42,664 nt of DNA from positions 1 through 42,664 of the IMG/VR virus record IMGVR_UViG_3300048897_000028; one strand, 5' to 3'. How positions within the stretch are numbered: position 1 is the first letter of the stretch; each line of letters starts with the position of its first letter. The DNA comes from a virus. Its lineage: Duplodnaviria > Caudoviricetes. Both the position numbers and the translations under genes were made by a program. Below, one piece after another: positions 8,595 through 19,309 of this stretch. The notes beneath the pieces are model-generated. The model did not search any database, had not been told where the DNA came from, and was given only the letters and a program-made list of their open reading frames with translations.

Positions 8595-9512
8595 TTATTT
8601 ACGGAGCCGGTAGAGAGATTTGTGAGTGCTAGTCACCGCGGCCAGCACTGAACTTCCTGACCGGTAACTGAAGTACGCCTTCGAATATCCGGTGTTATTG
8701 ACGATCATCGTGTTTGGCGTTGTTACATTCGTCCATATATCCGGAGACCCCGGATTGCCGTTGACCAAGATCGCTTCTGCAAACAAGTCTGGCCGGTCAG
8801 TGTGCCAGCCCTTGAAGATCGATTGCTGCCCCTGATCCAAGCCCTGTCCAGTGTTAACCGGCGTAACATCGAGGACAGAGCCGTTGCCAAACTGCCCCCG
8901 GTTGAGTCCAGTGAATGGGAACGTGCATGAATAGGAGTCTTGATTACCCGCGTTGGCTAATGTCGGCGTATGGATGACATCCACTGTGCAGCCGCTTGAA
9001 TTGAATGTGTGGATATCGCTGATCGTTCCGAAAGTAGTTGCGGGGTTCTTCGGAAGTTTCGATGAATAACTTTGAGTGATTACAAGTGATGTTCCGAGCA
9101 CTGGAAGCCCGATGGCGATTCCGCTAAGATCGCCTCCACCATCCATGCTGATCGTCAAGCCGGTACTGACAACATTCCCGTGGTCGTTTCCCTGAAAGCC
9201 CCAAAGTGGCCCGAGCGGATCAGTCGTCAGGCCGACATTGTGCGCATATTCCCAGACCGCGCCATGAATGGAAAAATCAGATTGACACCGGACCACTCCG
9301 TCTTCGTAACTATACATGCTCGCAAGATTGAGCATGTTCCCGCCGATATTCTTGTTCTTGACCACGAATTGAGTGAAATCGTTCGTCGGACTGCCATTAA
9401 CGATCGGAACGCGAATGACGAAATCATTTGCACTGGTTCGAATGAACGCGACCGGGGTCGCAGCGGTCGGGCGTTGATTTAGTAGCTTATCCGTAAGCCT
9501 CCGCTGCTTCAC
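8595..9512 (-). CDS. Tail-associated beta-rich protein (possible receptor-binding subunit)
   Basis: GTGA coupling to tail fibre gene; T/N/G/S-rich. Confidence 0.55.
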   Translation of the reverse strand: MKQRRLTDKLLNQRPTAATPVAFIRTSANDFVIRVPIVNGSPTNDFTQFVVKNKNIGGNMLNLASMYSYEDGVVRCQSDFSIHGAVWEYAHNVGLTTDPLGPLWGFQGNDHGNVVSTGLTISMDGGGDLSGIAIGLPVLGTSLVITQSYSSKLPKNPATTFGTISDIHTFNSSGCTVDVIHTPTLANAGNQDSYSCTFPFTGLNRGQFGNGSVLDVTPVNTGQGLDQGQQSIFKGWHTDRPDLFAEAILVNGNPGSPDIWTNVTTPNTMIVNNTGYSKAYFSYRSGSSVLAAVTSTHKSLYRLRK

Positions 9513-10570
9513 GCGAATTCAAACCCGAAAGTTTCGATGCTGATGGTGGAAGATGCAACAGATGCCCTAACGGCGATTTGGCTCGAAGCATCAACCGGAA
9601 TGGCGAAGTGACCTGCAGCGCCCTGGTTTGCTGTCTCTTGAACCAATGAAGGAAAGCTACCGGGAGGGCGATCAGTCTCAGCCGTTGGCTGGATTAAACA
9701 GGTCGCAGCCGCCGTCCCTGAGTTGAGGAAAGAAGCCCGGAAGATGGCAATCGAATTGGGCGGGGCGGAAAGAGTTAGCGGCGAACGCGATGTGCCTATG
9801 GTCGTTGAGTAGTCCTGAAAGCCGACCTTGTGATAAAACTTGCTGTAGACCTGTGAAAACCCTTCAACAAGAGGTCCAGTAACGGCCTTGAAAGCTCCAA
9901 TGCACTGAGAAAGCGTATAGGCAGACGGGATGCTGCCACCGGTTGTCGGGGCTACAATCGATGTGGAGATGGCAAAATCGGTAACGCTGGTGTCCGGCCG
10001 CTTGATGACGTGGATATAATACCAAGTACCTGCCGTCAGGGTCCCGCTATCAAGGGCACCGCCCCCACTTCCAACCGTCCATGAAGCAGTCGCTACCTTG
10101 GCATATGAGGTCAGAACCGAAATCAGATCGGCCCCGTTACTACTCATGGCTTCGCCGGCCGTCACGGAAAATTGTGCCGAGCCTCCAACGCTGGAGCAGC
10201 TAAGTCCGTAAATATAGCCTTTCCCAGGCCCGGCTCCGGGTGGCGTTGCCCACGTTCCATCGCCGCGCCAGTAAGAGCTTGAAGATGCAGACGTGCCGGA
10301 ATTCAACCTGCTTACCGGAAGGTTTCCCGTCACACCGGTTGAAAGCGGAAGTCCTGTGGCGTTCGTCAACGTACCGGATGACGGCGTTCCCAGCGGGCCA
10401 CCGTTCGTCAGATACGATCCAGTCGGCGCATACCTGACATCGAACGATGAATAAAGAGACGAAACATCGAACCCGAATGAATAGATCCCGCCCGCTTTGC
10501 TCAACGTCAGTGGAGATGAGACGCTGACATTGGCGGGGAATACCGAGCGAATTTTCAGCTTAAGTGACAT
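9509..10570 (-). CDS. Tail fibre protein
   Basis: [15 protein letters not shown]...[11 protein letters not shown] fibre motif; [18 protein letters not shown] domain. Confidence 0.75.
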   Translation of the reverse strand: MSLKLKIRSVFPANVSVSSPLTLSKAGGIYSFGFDVSSLYSSFDVRYAPTGSYLTNGGPLGTPSSGTLTNATGLPLSTGVTGNLPVSRLNSGTSASSSSYWRGDGTWATPPGAGPGKGYIYGLSCSSVGGSAQFSVTAGEAMSSNGADLISVLTSYAKVATASWTVGSGGGALDSGTLTAGTWYYIHVIKRPDTSVTDFAISTSIVAPTTGGSIPSAYTLSQCIGAFKAVTGPLVEGFSQVYSKFYHKVGFQDYSTTIGTSRSPLTLSAPPNSIAIFRASFLNSGTAAATCLIQPTAETDRPPGSFPSLVQETANQGAAGHFAIPVDASSQIAVRASVASSTISIETFGFEFA

Positions 10571-10956
10571 CAGTTACCCTCAAGGACGGCAATCGTGCCG
10601 TCGATCAGATCGGTGACAAATCCGTCAATGGTGACTTTCACGCCAAGGCGATATGACCCGGAGCACAAGCCGGAAAGGTCGGAGACTTCGAACTGCCATT
10701 GGAAACCAGGCCCCGGAATCGTCACCTTGCCGTTAGCAATCGATGCCGTTGCAAGCACACAACCGGAACTATTCGATCCGTAATCCCGCGGGCCAGACAG
10801 GCCGCTGATCGTGACGACAATATCGACATCCATTTCTGGATTGGTCAGATCGGTCGTCGTGCCATCCTGATCGTCGATCAGCTCGCAAACACCTGGATTT
10901 CCGGCGCTTGCCCAAGTGGCCTTGTTGCTTATGACTGCGAATTGTCCCGTATACAT
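10570..10956 (-). CDS. Tail adaptor-like structural protein
   Basis: Coupled between fibre genes; beta-sandwich-like pattern. Confidence 0.55.
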   Translation of the reverse strand: MYTGQFAVISNKATWASAGNPGVCELIDDQDGTTTDLTNPEMDVDIVVTISGLSGPRDYGSNSSGCVLATASIANGKVTIPGPGFQWQFEVSDLSGLCSGSYRLGVKVTIDGFVTDLIDGTIAVLEGN

Positions 10957-10958
10957 GG

Positions 10959-12023
10959 CTACAACTTGATGTAGAATGTGACGAGGAAATAAGGCGATAT
11001 GCTATCGAACGCAGTGCTGGTGCCGCCCTGCGCATTTCCGGTAAACGATCCCGTTGTCGAAGCCGAAGAAGTCGCAGGAGAGGATGCCGATGAAGTTACC
11101 GTTCCAGATACACTCCAGTTCGTCGTTCCGGCATCGGCACCAGCATTATTGCCGGCAGACAGATGTGTAAGATCGCTGGCACCGACGCTGGCGGTGTAAA
11201 GGCGCGTTGGGATAGAGACGTTGGCCGCCGAGAGCGACGAAGTAACTGTCGTCGTAACGGAAGTGGAAACAGAGGTAGAAAGAGACAGTGACCCGGTTGG
11301 CGTATAGGGAGGAAAATTGGCGGTTACCAGTGTTACGCGGGCATTGCCAAGAATAGCGCCAATGCTTGTTGCGTTGCCCCTCGCAAACGTGACACCGCCA
11401 AACGTATCGAGGGCCGAATTTCCCATGTCGGCAAGGCCGGCAGGCGCTCTGGTTCGGCAGTCAGGCAGATTAATCGTCTTATTGGCTGCCCAGTCCGCCG
11501 CCCCTGAAATACCCCTACCGCCCGAAACGGATAGGCCGCTGTCCGCATTCCAAAGATACGTGAACAGAGCCTGGCAATCAGCGTTTGCCCGCTCAGTGGC
11601 GCCGGATGTGGAGTTTCCGATTGTCCGCCCGTTAAGGCGAACCCAGCCGGAAATAATCGCGGTGCCATAAACACACTTCAGATCGCCAGTACCGAATACA
11701 GTCGTCGGATCGACGCCACCGCCGCCGCCGCCGCCGCCGGAGGGACCGACAACGAGAATGTTGTCTGCTGTAATCTGCTCGATTCCATACCTGTCGGTCA
11801 GCAGGATTTTGATGGTCCCGTCTGCCAAGTAGAATTGAGGAACCCTACCGGCCGCATTCAGGGTGATCGGGTTAGGATGCGGAATGGTTAAAGCGGCGTC
11901 CTGAAAGGCATTTTGCGGCGTTGCAACCGTACCGGCCTGACGAAAGTAAAGCAGTCCGCCTGCCAATGGTTCTCCCAAGGCATCGAATTGCTGTGTTAGA
12001 CTGAGACTTATCGTGCCGGACAT
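10959..12023 (-). CDS. Tail fibre/spike with N-terminal anchor and tail-collar domain
   Basis: FDALGEPLAGG...PNPITLNAAGR anchor; GWVRLNGRTI...LF...INLPDCR collar motif; C-terminal FYIKL. Confidence 0.8.
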   Translation of the reverse strand: MSGTISLSLTQQFDALGEPLAGGLLYFRQAGTVATPQNAFQDAALTIPHPNPITLNAAGRVPQFYLADGTIKILLTDRYGIEQITADNILVVGPSGGGGGGGGVDPTTVFGTGDLKCVYGTAIISGWVRLNGRTIGNSTSGATERANADCQALFTYLWNADSGLSVSGGRGISGAADWAANKTINLPDCRTRAPAGLADMGNSALDTFGGVTFARGNATSIGAILGNARVTLVTANFPPYTPTGSLSLSTSVSTSVTTTVTSSLSAANVSIPTRLYTASVGASDLTHLSAGNNAGADAGTTNWSVSGTVTSSASSPATSSASTTGSFTGNAQGGTSTAFDSISPYFLVTFYIKL

Positions 12024-12039
12024 TCAGAAAAATCCCATG

Positions 12040-12062
12040 AAAAAAGCGCTCCGAAGAGCGCT
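12040..12062 (-). terminator. Rho-independent terminator
   Basis: AGCGCTC-TTCG-GAGCGCT followed by a U-tract. Confidence 0.85.
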
Positions 12063-12087
12063 GCTGGTCTATTGCGTGACGGTGATG

Positions 12088-14709
12088 CTACTGGCCTGGT
12101 GGCCTTGGAACGTCTGGCTGATCGTCGGCGCGTGCTACGCCGGCCGCTTGAAGGGCAGGGGCGACCGGCGCTTGCTCACCACCAATACGGGCAAGCCCGC
12201 GGTCGGTTGATCGAAGCGAATTGAACAAATTCTGGTTTCGGACCACGAGCCGAATACCTTGGACGAGCCGGGCCGGATCGTTCGATGCCAGAAGCTCGGC
12301 AACCCGTCGTGAAACGTTTTCGTTGACCCGGTTCTTTCCTCGAGCCGCGCCATAAACCAAGGCAGCGTTCATCAGGGCAGACGGGTTTGGATTGGTGATA
12401 TTACCACCAGTGCCAATGCCATAGGTGCCGCCTGCGAGCCCAAGCTCGGCAAGCTGTCTCGCTGTGGTCGAATTTCCTTGAACGGCCGGCCGCGCTAGAT
12501 CCATGATGCCTTCGACGCGAAGCCCCGCTTCCAACTCTTCGGCGCGCTGGCGGCCGAGCACCATATTCAATCGCTCCCGCGCCGCTGGCGTATCACCGAT
12601 CTTGTTGAGGATTGAGCGCCGATCACTGATCTCACTAAGATGATTGATAAACTGCGAGACAAACCCGTCCTGGAAGAGTTGGCGTTCGGTGGGTGTCATC
12701 CGAGCCAGATGTTGGCGCGCTTCTGCATTCCCCATCTTGGCAGTAACAAAATTTCTTCCGGCCTCAAGAGCATCCTGGGCACCGAAGAAATGGGCTGCGC
12801 CAGCTCTTGCAGCCTGATAACTCGGGACAATGGTGTCCAGTTCGGTTCGGAGTGAGCGCGCGAGATCACCAAGCGTTGAAGCCTCACCGTTGCGTCCGGC
12901 TCGAGCTGCGGCCTGTGCCGCGTCATCCAGTTCACGTTTGGTCGCATCCCAAAAAGCCAAATTCGGATAAGTCGGGGCACCATTCTTGCCCGGTCGAAAC
13001 CGAACAAGACCATTTTCAACTGTCACCCCGGGATTGAAGGCGCCATAACCCTGCGTGATTGCCCTATCCTTGCCGCTAGTCGAGGCCCGCCGCATGGCTT
13101 CAGCGACGGCCGGCGATCCGATCAGTCGCTCGATCTCCGGGGAAATAATCTGCCGGTCACCATCCTGAAAGGCCCTCGTATAGCGAGACCGATTGGTGGT
13201 CTGCGCCGTCTGCGTAAGTGCCTGTTCCTGTGCATGAGCATCAGGATAATGAAACGTGTTTCGAAGCCAGCCTACAACGCGGTTTCCCTGCCCTTCAAAC
13301 CGGTCGCTTATCGTTCGGTTCAGAACGTCCCGGCCCTCAGGCGAGGTATTGGCGGCCGATCGAGCAAGGGCACGGGTGGTTTCGCCGCCCATATCCATGA
13401 TCGTAGCGGGGCCACCCGACTGAGCGCTGGCGGCAAACTCTTGGGGCGTAAGCCGGCCTGCAGCTTGCGGGTCTATATTGGCGTCGCGCTGAATTGCGAT
13501 CGCAACCCGCCTTGCCGCCTCGCCTTCAGAATCCCTGATACCCCGGACAGCCGTAACAATCGGCTGGGAAATTGCCCGCGCGCCCCGAACAGCACCTTCA
13601 ATCGCAACTGGAGCCGCCCCGCCAAGAACACCGCCGGCCGCCGCCCCGACCGCACCACGCGATATCCGATCTACCGCGTTAGTGCCCTCTCCAGCGCCCG
13701 CTGCGCCCCCCAGGACAGCGCCAGTACCTGCCCCCGCAGCAATACGCCCCGGCAGCGTGACCGCACCAGCGCCCGCCCCAATGGGCAGCAGAACCGCCCC
13801 GCCGATGTTGCCCGCAATGGACGCGACCGGATGCTGCTCTTCCGCCGCTTTGTTCAGCTCGCGTTCCCGTGCAACAGCGGTATCATATGATTCCTTGGCC
13901 TTCTGATCGCCGCTGAAATACTTCAAAGCGCCGGAGATCAGCTTATAGACGCTAGCCGGATCATCCGGGTTTGCGCCTGAAGCTTCTACCAATCCGCGGA
14001 TTTCATCACCAAAATTTGCAGTAAGGCCTTGAGCAACGCCACGCGCGCCAGCATCGAGCGCGCCGCGGTCAGGTCTGCCCTTGTCGTCTGTGGGGACTTC
14101 GGTTCCGTCGCTCTTATAGACGGGAACACGGATAAGCGGCTTGCCTGTCTCGGGATTTACGGTCGAGGGTGGTGAGGGTTGCGATTGCGGCTTCTCATCG
14201 AACTGATCGAAATAGTTTCCGGCCTGTGGGCTGATCGGGCTCGCTTTGGCCGGCTTTCGATCGTCCGGCGCAAAAAACATATGGCCTCCGATCTGCTGGC
14301 CCTCACCTTGAGCCCATGACGGCGGCTTTCGGCCCAAGGCCGCCTGCGCACCAGGAGAAAAGAAATGCGTGGCACCATTCGTCGGATCTTCAATGTCCTT
14401 GTTGATCACGCCGTCGAAAATGGCCGCGATCTTCTGATAGTCAGGGCTGTCAGGCGCCAAGGCCATCATGCGTTGGCGGGCATCCGGACGTTGCCACGGC
14501 TCAAACTGGTTTGGAGCCATCACGACACCGGCCACGTCCTTGCCTCCATATTTTCCGGAAGTAGCTCGATTGGCGATCACAGCCGCCACCGCGGCCTTGC
14601 CGATATCGGGTTGATCTCCAGCCTCCCCATAGATCGTACGGATGGCGAGATCGCGCGACTTCGGGTTGATCGCATCTGTGCTATCGAACTGGTCAAAGAA
14701 ATTGGGCAA
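12088..14709 (-). CDS. DNA ejection protein with N-terminal cell-wall hydrolase (SleB/Hydrolase_2-like) domain
   Basis: RTIYGEAG...AVAAVIANR...QFEPW...DPTNGATHFF...IGGHMFF; Ala/Gly-rich helical remainder. Confidence 0.85.
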   Translation of the reverse strand: MPNFFDQFDSTDAINPKSRDLAIRTIYGEAGDQPDIGKAAVAAVIANRATSGKYGGKDVAGVVMAPNQFEPWQRPDARQRMMALAPDSPDYQKIAAIFDGVINKDIEDPTNGATHFFSPGAQAALGRKPPSWAQGEGQQIGGHMFFAPDDRKPAKASPISPQAGNYFDQFDEKPQSQPSPPSTVNPETGKPLIRVPVYKSDGTEVPTDDKGRPDRGALDAGARGVAQGLTANFGDEIRGLVEASGANPDDPASVYKLISGALKYFSGDQKAKESYDTAVARERELNKAAEEQHPVASIAGNIGGAVLLPIGAGAGAVTLPGRIAAGAGTGAVLGGAAGAGEGTNAVDRISRGAVGAAAGGVLGGAAPVAIEGAVRGARAISQPIVTAVRGIRDSEGEAARRVAIAIQRDANIDPQAAGRLTPQEFAASAQSGGPATIMDMGGETTRALARSAANTSPEGRDVLNRTISDRFEGQGNRVVGWLRNTFHYPDAHAQEQALTQTAQTTNRSRYTRAFQDGDRQIISPEIERLIGSPAVAEAMRRASTSGKDRAITQGYGAFNPGVTVENGLVRFRPGKNGAPTYPNLAFWDATKRELDDAAQAAARAGRNGEASTLGDLARSLRTELDTIVPSYQAARAGAAHFFGAQDALEAGRNFVTAKMGNAEARQHLARMTPTERQLFQDGFVSQFINHLSEISDRRSILNKIGDTPAARERLNMVLGRQRAEELEAGLRVEGIMDLARPAVQGNSTTARQLAELGLAGGTYGIGTGGNITNPNPSALMNAALVYGAARGKNRVNENVSRRVAELLASNDPARLVQGIRLVVRNQNLFNSLRSTDRGLARIGGEQAPVAPALQAAGVARADDQPDVPRPPGQ

Positions 14710-15822
14710 TCAGTCTTCCTCGTCCGAGCCTGTCAGGGCGGCTTTCGCTGCGCCCTTTCCGTACTTCGCATCGAACTGCGCAGCCAGACGTGGGTCTTTC
14801 TTGAGTGCATTGATGGCCTGAGGCGGCGCAGCAGTTGCGGGTTTCGCCGCCTCAGGTTTTGCCGCTTCATACGGCATCAGATTGCCGTTCGGTCCAAAGG
14901 TAAATTTCGGGCGGTAGGACTGGCCGCCTTCACGTCCCATTGCCTCGATCGCAGCTTTCCGGTTTTCGGACTTCTGCTTGATGACTGCGGGACTATCTCC
15001 GGGAACAGGGAAATATTGCTTATCGGCGTTATCGAATTCAGACTGAGCGATAGCAGCACCGGACTCCCGGCGAAGCTGGGCATTGATGAAATCTGCCTTG
15101 GCCTGATCGTATTTCTGGCGAACTTCAGGCACGGCGTAATTGGCGAAACCACCAATAATCGGGATCGTCTTTGCCTTGCTGGCCTGTGTCGTCGCCCAAT
15201 TTGCACCTTCGTTCTGCACACCCGGCGACGGAGGGCCTTCGGCGTTCGCAGGAGGCGCGACACCCGAGAGGATGCCTTCCGACTGCAACATGCGGTCAGT
15301 AAAGCCGGCGGCCTTGCCCTGGTCTCCATTAAACTTTCCAACGCCAAACGGATTATTCGGCTGCTGAACGGGAACGCCAGCATTGACCGGTCCTTCCGGC
15401 CCCTTGGGATTGATACGAACGAACGTCGTCTGTCCCGTGTTGGGATCAGTTACTTCCTTGACCAGAGGCTTATCTTCATCGGCACGATCGGCAGAGCGAA
15501 CGCGAAGCGCCTGCTCTTCCTTCCAGCGCTGATCGGCAACGCCTTCCCGCGTATAAGTATGCGACCGATCGGCGGCGGTCTGCGCCAATCCGAGGAATTT
15601 AAGCGCGCCCTCCTGATCACCGGCCATCCCAAGTTTCTGGGCTACGGTCAGGGTTTGCTTGCCATAGTCTGGCGAGCTCGGATCAAGCGCGGAGAAATCA
15701 GAGAATGCCGCCTGCCGTGCAGCATTGACCTGCTGCTTTTGCCGCAATGCCTGATTGGCTTGGATCGTATCGCCCAGCCCCGACAACATCGAGTAAAAAT
15801 CTACCGCGGGCATGCCGGCCAT
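14710..15822 (-). CDS. Internal virion/ejection protein
   Basis: FINAQLRRESGAAI..EF..A.KQYFP.PGDS motif; position in ejection trio. Confidence 0.7.
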   Translation of the reverse strand: MAGMPAVDFYSMLSGLGDTIQANQALRQKQQVNAARQAAFSDFSALDPSSPDYGKQTLTVAQKLGMAGDQEGALKFLGLAQTAADRSHTYTREGVADQRWKEEQALRVRSADRADEDKPLVKEVTDPNTGQTTFVRINPKGPEGPVNAGVPVQQPNNPFGVGKFNGDQGKAAGFTDRMLQSEGILSGVAPPANAEGPPSPGVQNEGANWATTQASKAKTIPIIGGFANYAVPEVRQKYDQAKADFINAQLRRESGAAIAQSEFDNADKQYFPVPGDSPAVIKQKSENRKAAIEAMGREGGQSYRPKFTFGPNGNLMPYEAAKPEAAKPATAAPPQAINALKKDPRLAAQFDAKYGKGAAKAALTGSDEED

Positions 15823-15824
15823 GT

Positions 15825-16751
15825 TTAAGCGCCCGCCACGCCGGCGATAGGATTAAAGCCGGGAACTCTGATGCCGCCCGCTCCATATCCGCCGACTCCC
15901 GACGCCTTCAACAAGGCGTTTGCACCTCCCGTGAGTGCACTCCAGAAGTTTTGGCTGGCCGTATAAGGCGCCATATCTGCCTCGGCCTGGGCTGCGCCCT
16001 GCCCGGTATAGTTGGCGTTCGCTGCCCCTCCCTGCCCCATGTAGGATGCGTTCTGGCCCGTCCCCAATGCGCCGAAATTGGCATTCAGGCCAGTCCCCAG
16101 CGTCGTGAAGTTTCCGCTGAGCGCCGATCCCTGCCCAATATCATTGGCATTCAACGCGGTGCCTTTGCCGACATCGAGGCCGGCCGCGCCGGAAATCGCG
16201 TTCGCATTCGCGCCGAGATAGGGCGCCAGACTTGTTAGGTAATTGCCATACTTGTTTGCATCATAGTCGGAGGCAAACTTGATGATATCACCCGACGTAT
16301 TTCCGCCCCCGAGATCCCCACGCGCCGCGGCTCCGCGATTGACCGCATCCAATCCCGTCGTCAGGCCGCCAGAATAGCCCGGCAGCGACTTGAAAATCGC
16401 CGCAGCCTTCGTAGCAGCATCGGCACCATTGACGCCTGTAGCGTCGCCGTAGGCCGTTGCTCCGGCTCCCGTAGATGCGACAAGAGGCTTGTAAAGGGCC
16501 GATGCATCGGCATAACCACTTCCAATTGCATCCCGGCCGGCACCATAACCAGATGTGATCGCATCGTTGCCCTGCCCGATATTGCTGCTGAGCGCGGTAC
16601 GACCTTGACCAAGCGATGTATCGAGAGCGTTCCGGCCTTGCTGAAATTGCCCCGTAAGAGCGTCATAACCCTGCTGCAGGCCGGCTTTCTTGGCTGCCGC
16701 GGCCTCTTCTGCCGGCGCAGTCGAGAATAGATCGGTAAAGAGGCCCATCAA
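15825..16751 (-). CDS. Ejection protein (P22 gp7-like position)
   Basis: Gly/Ala-rich, PGY...G..AV.RGAAARG..GG motif. Confidence 0.7.
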   Translation of the reverse strand: MMGLFTDLFSTAPAEEAAAAKKAGLQQGYDALTGQFQQGRNALDTSLGQGRTALSSNIGQGNDAITSGYGAGRDAIGSGYADASALYKPLVASTGAGATAYGDATGVNGADAATKAAAIFKSLPGYSGGLTTGLDAVNRGAAARGDLGGGNTSGDIIKFASDYDANKYGNYLTSLAPYLGANANAISGAAGLDVGKGTALNANDIGQGSALSGNFTTLGTGLNANFGALGTGQNASYMGQGGAANANYTGQGAAQAEADMAPYTASQNFWSALTGGANALLKASGVGGYGAGGIRVPGFNPIAGVAGA

Positions 16752-16954
16752 TTGGCTCCCGGCGCAAAGTTCTTGTTGGTGGAATTGTAGATCATGACCT
16801 GCCCGTTCGAAGGTGCGGTCGTTGAAACATCGTACAGATCAAGCAACCCAAGTCGCTCGAGTGCCTTCAAGGTATCGTACCAGTCCGACGTAAAAAGACC
16901 CGTTTTCACATCGATCGCGGGTACGTCGGACGGCGGAATTCTTACACGCGCCAT
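16748..16954 (-). CDS. Small tail/needle-region protein
   Basis: Coupled on both sides; DV...PSNGQVMIYN motif. Confidence 0.6.
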   Translation of the reverse strand: MARVRIPPSDVPAIDVKTGLFTSDWYDTLKALERLGLLDLYDVSTTAPSNGQVMIYNSTNKNFAPGAN

Positions 16955-18375
16955 CAGAACTCCCTCGGGTCATCAGACTGCGTTCCGAACAGAAAGCCCG
17001 CATATACAGGATCTGAAATATCGATCCGCCAGCGCCGGCCTTCCCATGTTGACCGTCCCGTACAGCCAACCAGAGAAACCAGTTTCCTTGGCTCCGACTG
17101 CCTTCCGAGCTTTCGCAGGATCGGATTTGACCAGGTTTGACCCCCGTCATCCGACCACGATATTTCAACACTAGGGTCAGTCTGGATCGGATCAGTACCG
17201 GTTGCGATACCCACACCCGTCGTAAAGTAGAAATCAGCTCGCCCAACCGGGACGCCACCCGGGAAGTTCATTACAGGGCCGCTTTCGATGCGAAGCTTTA
17301 GCGGGTTCCCAACCTCATCGTTGGCTGCAATCGATATCTGCTGCAGGTTGCCATTTTGGACGTCACCGGTCAGCCACTTCGTAAAGGCGTAGATGGCCCC
17401 TGAGATTCGCGATCTCGTAACGAGGTAACTATCCCGGTCGAACCACTGTGAAGTGGTGATATCGAGTATCTTCGTCCAGTCCGGGCACGACAATTGAAAG
17501 AAAGCGTGGCCTCGGGCCATATAGGAAGTGGCTTCAAGCGTCGTCTTGTCGGCAACCGCCTCGATCAGTCCTTCAATGTCCGCATTAGATACCTTGACCG
17601 GCGTGTATCCATTCAATGCATAGACACAATTATCATCGCCGACAAAGATAGGTCCGCGCGAAAGCCCATCCTCATATCCCGATACACAATAAGGGCCGGC
17701 CAATCCCCTTGGAATGACCGTATTGCGTGTGAACGGGAACGGTACGGTCCCGGCGTCCGTCCAAACCTCCGTGGTGATATTGCCGAAAAACAGGAGCCTC
17801 CCGCCCCAGGCTATGACACGCACCAAACCATCCGGCTTCGCTTCCGCCTTGCCGAAACTCAGCGCATTGACCGAAGTCGAGTTCAGATCGGTTGCAAATG
17901 CCCGGCCATCCCCCGTCGTAAAGACCAGATAGCCGTCCAGAAAATCCACTGAATTGACGGCAGGAAGATCGGGGTCGGGCCAGGAGTTTGTCACGGCCGA
18001 AGGCGTGAACGTGGCGATATTTCCGTCCGGATCGACAAAGACCTTATCCGGAGTGGTGTTGTTGTTCGCGGCGAAAAACCCTCGCTTTGTGCCGTTTAGA
18101 ACTCCGACATTGGCTGAGGCCCCGCCAGCGATACTCCATTTTTCAAGCTGGCCGCTATAGGCTGCATACACGATGCCGTTTACGAGAATCGCGCCGCGAA
18201 AGCCCGTCCTTGCCGATGTCCCGAAATTGACAATTCCGGGGCCTCTTCGGATAACCGTCTTGTTCGGCGCTTGATCGCCCAATTCGTCAACGTAACCATT
18301 GATGATACGGCCGCCGGATTCCTGGACTTTTGCTCCCTGTGATGTCTGTACCGGAAATGGAATAGCTCGCTTCAA
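16954..18375 (-). CDS. Packaged-DNA stabilisation/tail hub protein (P22 gp10-like)
   Basis: FLDGYLVF, AEAKPDG, TTEVW, WSDDGGQTWSN motifs; 473 aa; position. Confidence 0.85.
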   Translation of the reverse strand: MKRAIPFPVQTSQGAKVQESGGRIINGYVDELGDQAPNKTVIRRGPGIVNFGTSARTGFRGAILVNGIVYAAYSGQLEKWSIAGGASANVGVLNGTKRGFFAANNNTTPDKVFVDPDGNIATFTPSAVTNSWPDPDLPAVNSVDFLDGYLVFTTGDGRAFATDLNSTSVNALSFGKAEAKPDGLVRVIAWGGRLLFFGNITTEVWTDAGTVPFPFTRNTVIPRGLAGPYCVSGYEDGLSRGPIFVGDDNCVYALNGYTPVKVSNADIEGLIEAVADKTTLEATSYMARGHAFFQLSCPDWTKILDITTSQWFDRDSYLVTRSRISGAIYAFTKWLTGDVQNGNLQQISIAANDEVGNPLKLRIESGPVMNFPGGVPVGRADFYFTTGVGIATGTDPIQTDPSVEISWSDDGGQTWSNPILRKLGRQSEPRKLVSLVGCTGRSTWEGRRWRIDISDPVYAGFLFGTQSDDPREF

Positions 18376-18755
18376 ATGCTTCCCCGATACCGACCCGGTG
18401 TCACGGCTGGGTCAAGGCGCAGCACCCGCTGCGTTCTGGAGGGAGCGGCTAGCGTTCGAAGGTTGCCCTCAGCGATTGTCGCCAAGGCCTGTATTCTTGC
18501 ATCCGCGAGCAAATGAAATTGCGCCAGATAGTCGGCAAGCGGCAGGAATTCCTCGTCCTCGATCGCGCCGTCCAAGGGGCCGCGACGGCCGGGATCCTTG
18601 ACATCATAGATATCGAGCGCGGAAAGCTGCGCTACCCCAGCGTCAACCAACCGGTCAACCTTCTGCACGTCCTGATCGGACGGGGCCTGTCCGTAGACCA
18701 GAATTTGCAGCCGATCCAGGATTTGATCGATCAGTTCAGACCGGGTTTTTGACAT
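18372..18755 (-). CDS. Head-tail adaptor (P22 gp4-like position)
   Basis: KTRSELIDQIL..LQI..GQ.PS..D motif; upstream of gp10-like gene. Confidence 0.65.
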   Translation of the reverse strand: MSKTRSELIDQILDRLQILVYGQAPSDQDVQKVDRLVDAGVAQLSALDIYDVKDPGRRGPLDGAIEDEEFLPLADYLAQFHLLADARIQALATIAEGNLRTLAAPSRTQRVLRLDPAVTPGRYRGSI

Positions 18756-18764
18756 TGATACCCC

Positions 18765-18792
18765 AAAGAAAAGGACGGCCCTTAGGCCGCCC
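18765..18792 (-). terminator. Rho-independent terminator
   Basis: GGGCGGCC-TAAG-GGCCGTCC-TTTTCTTT. Confidence 0.75.
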
Positions 18793-18815
18793 AGTTTTTC
18801 CGATTATTGGAAGGT

Positions 18816-19217
18816 TCACACGGTTTCAGTCAATAAAACCGGCTTCCCATGCTCACGCTCGATCCGCTCGCGTTCGGCTTCGGTATCCTGATTTTCAGGG
18901 AAAACCTGATCACGATGGTCATTGCTGTCGATCATGCCCTGACGGACATTTTCGCGTGGCTTGTCGAAAGCCGTTGACGGCGCGTCATAAGGTGTAGTTC
19001 GGGTCCGGACCTTCGCCACGTCGGTATTGGCCATTACGGCATCAGTGACCTTCGCATTGTCTTCACGAAGGATCGTGCAGAGGTCGGACAGCTTGACGTG
19101 GTTGCCGTTACAGCCCTCGATACGATCGGCAATGCCGCGCATCAAGGAATCGATGCCCTCGCCGATGTTATCGCTGGCTTCGACTTCGTTGATCAGATCA
19201 TCATGGAGTTTGGACAT
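18816..19217 (-). CDS. Acidic hypothetical protein downstream of capsid
   Basis: Strong RBS AAAGGAG. Confidence 0.75.
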   Translation of the reverse strand: MSKLHDDLINEVEASDNIGEGIDSLMRGIADRIEGCNGNHVKLSDLCTILREDNAKVTDAVMANTDVAKVRTRTTPYDAPSTAFDKPRENVRQGMIDSNDHRDQVFPENQDTEAERERIEREHGKPVLLTETV

Positions 19218-19250
19218 TTAAGGTCTCCTTTGGAGAAGTGGTGCTGCCCC

Positions 19251-19281
19251 AAGAAGGAAACAGCGGCCCTTAGGCCACTGT
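19251..19281 (-). terminator. Terminator after capsid gene
   Basis: ACAGTGGCC-TAAG-GGCCGCTGT-TTCCTTCTT. Confidence 0.6.
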
Positions 19282-19309
19282 ATAATTCTTGAAAGACTCG
19301 TCCGTTCCG

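Noticed and set aside
11719-11739. (CCG)7 repeat as a phase-variation tract
   Set aside because: Triplet repeat encoding a poly-Gly hinge; slippage would keep the frame
2022-12023. Diversity-generating retroelement or invertible tail-fibre shufflon
   Set aside because: No reverse transcriptase or invertase, and I saw no template/variable repeat pair
12013-12210. Plus-strand membrane-protein-like ORF
   Set aside because: Runs across a minus-strand terminator and the end of the ejection gene; no clear RBS
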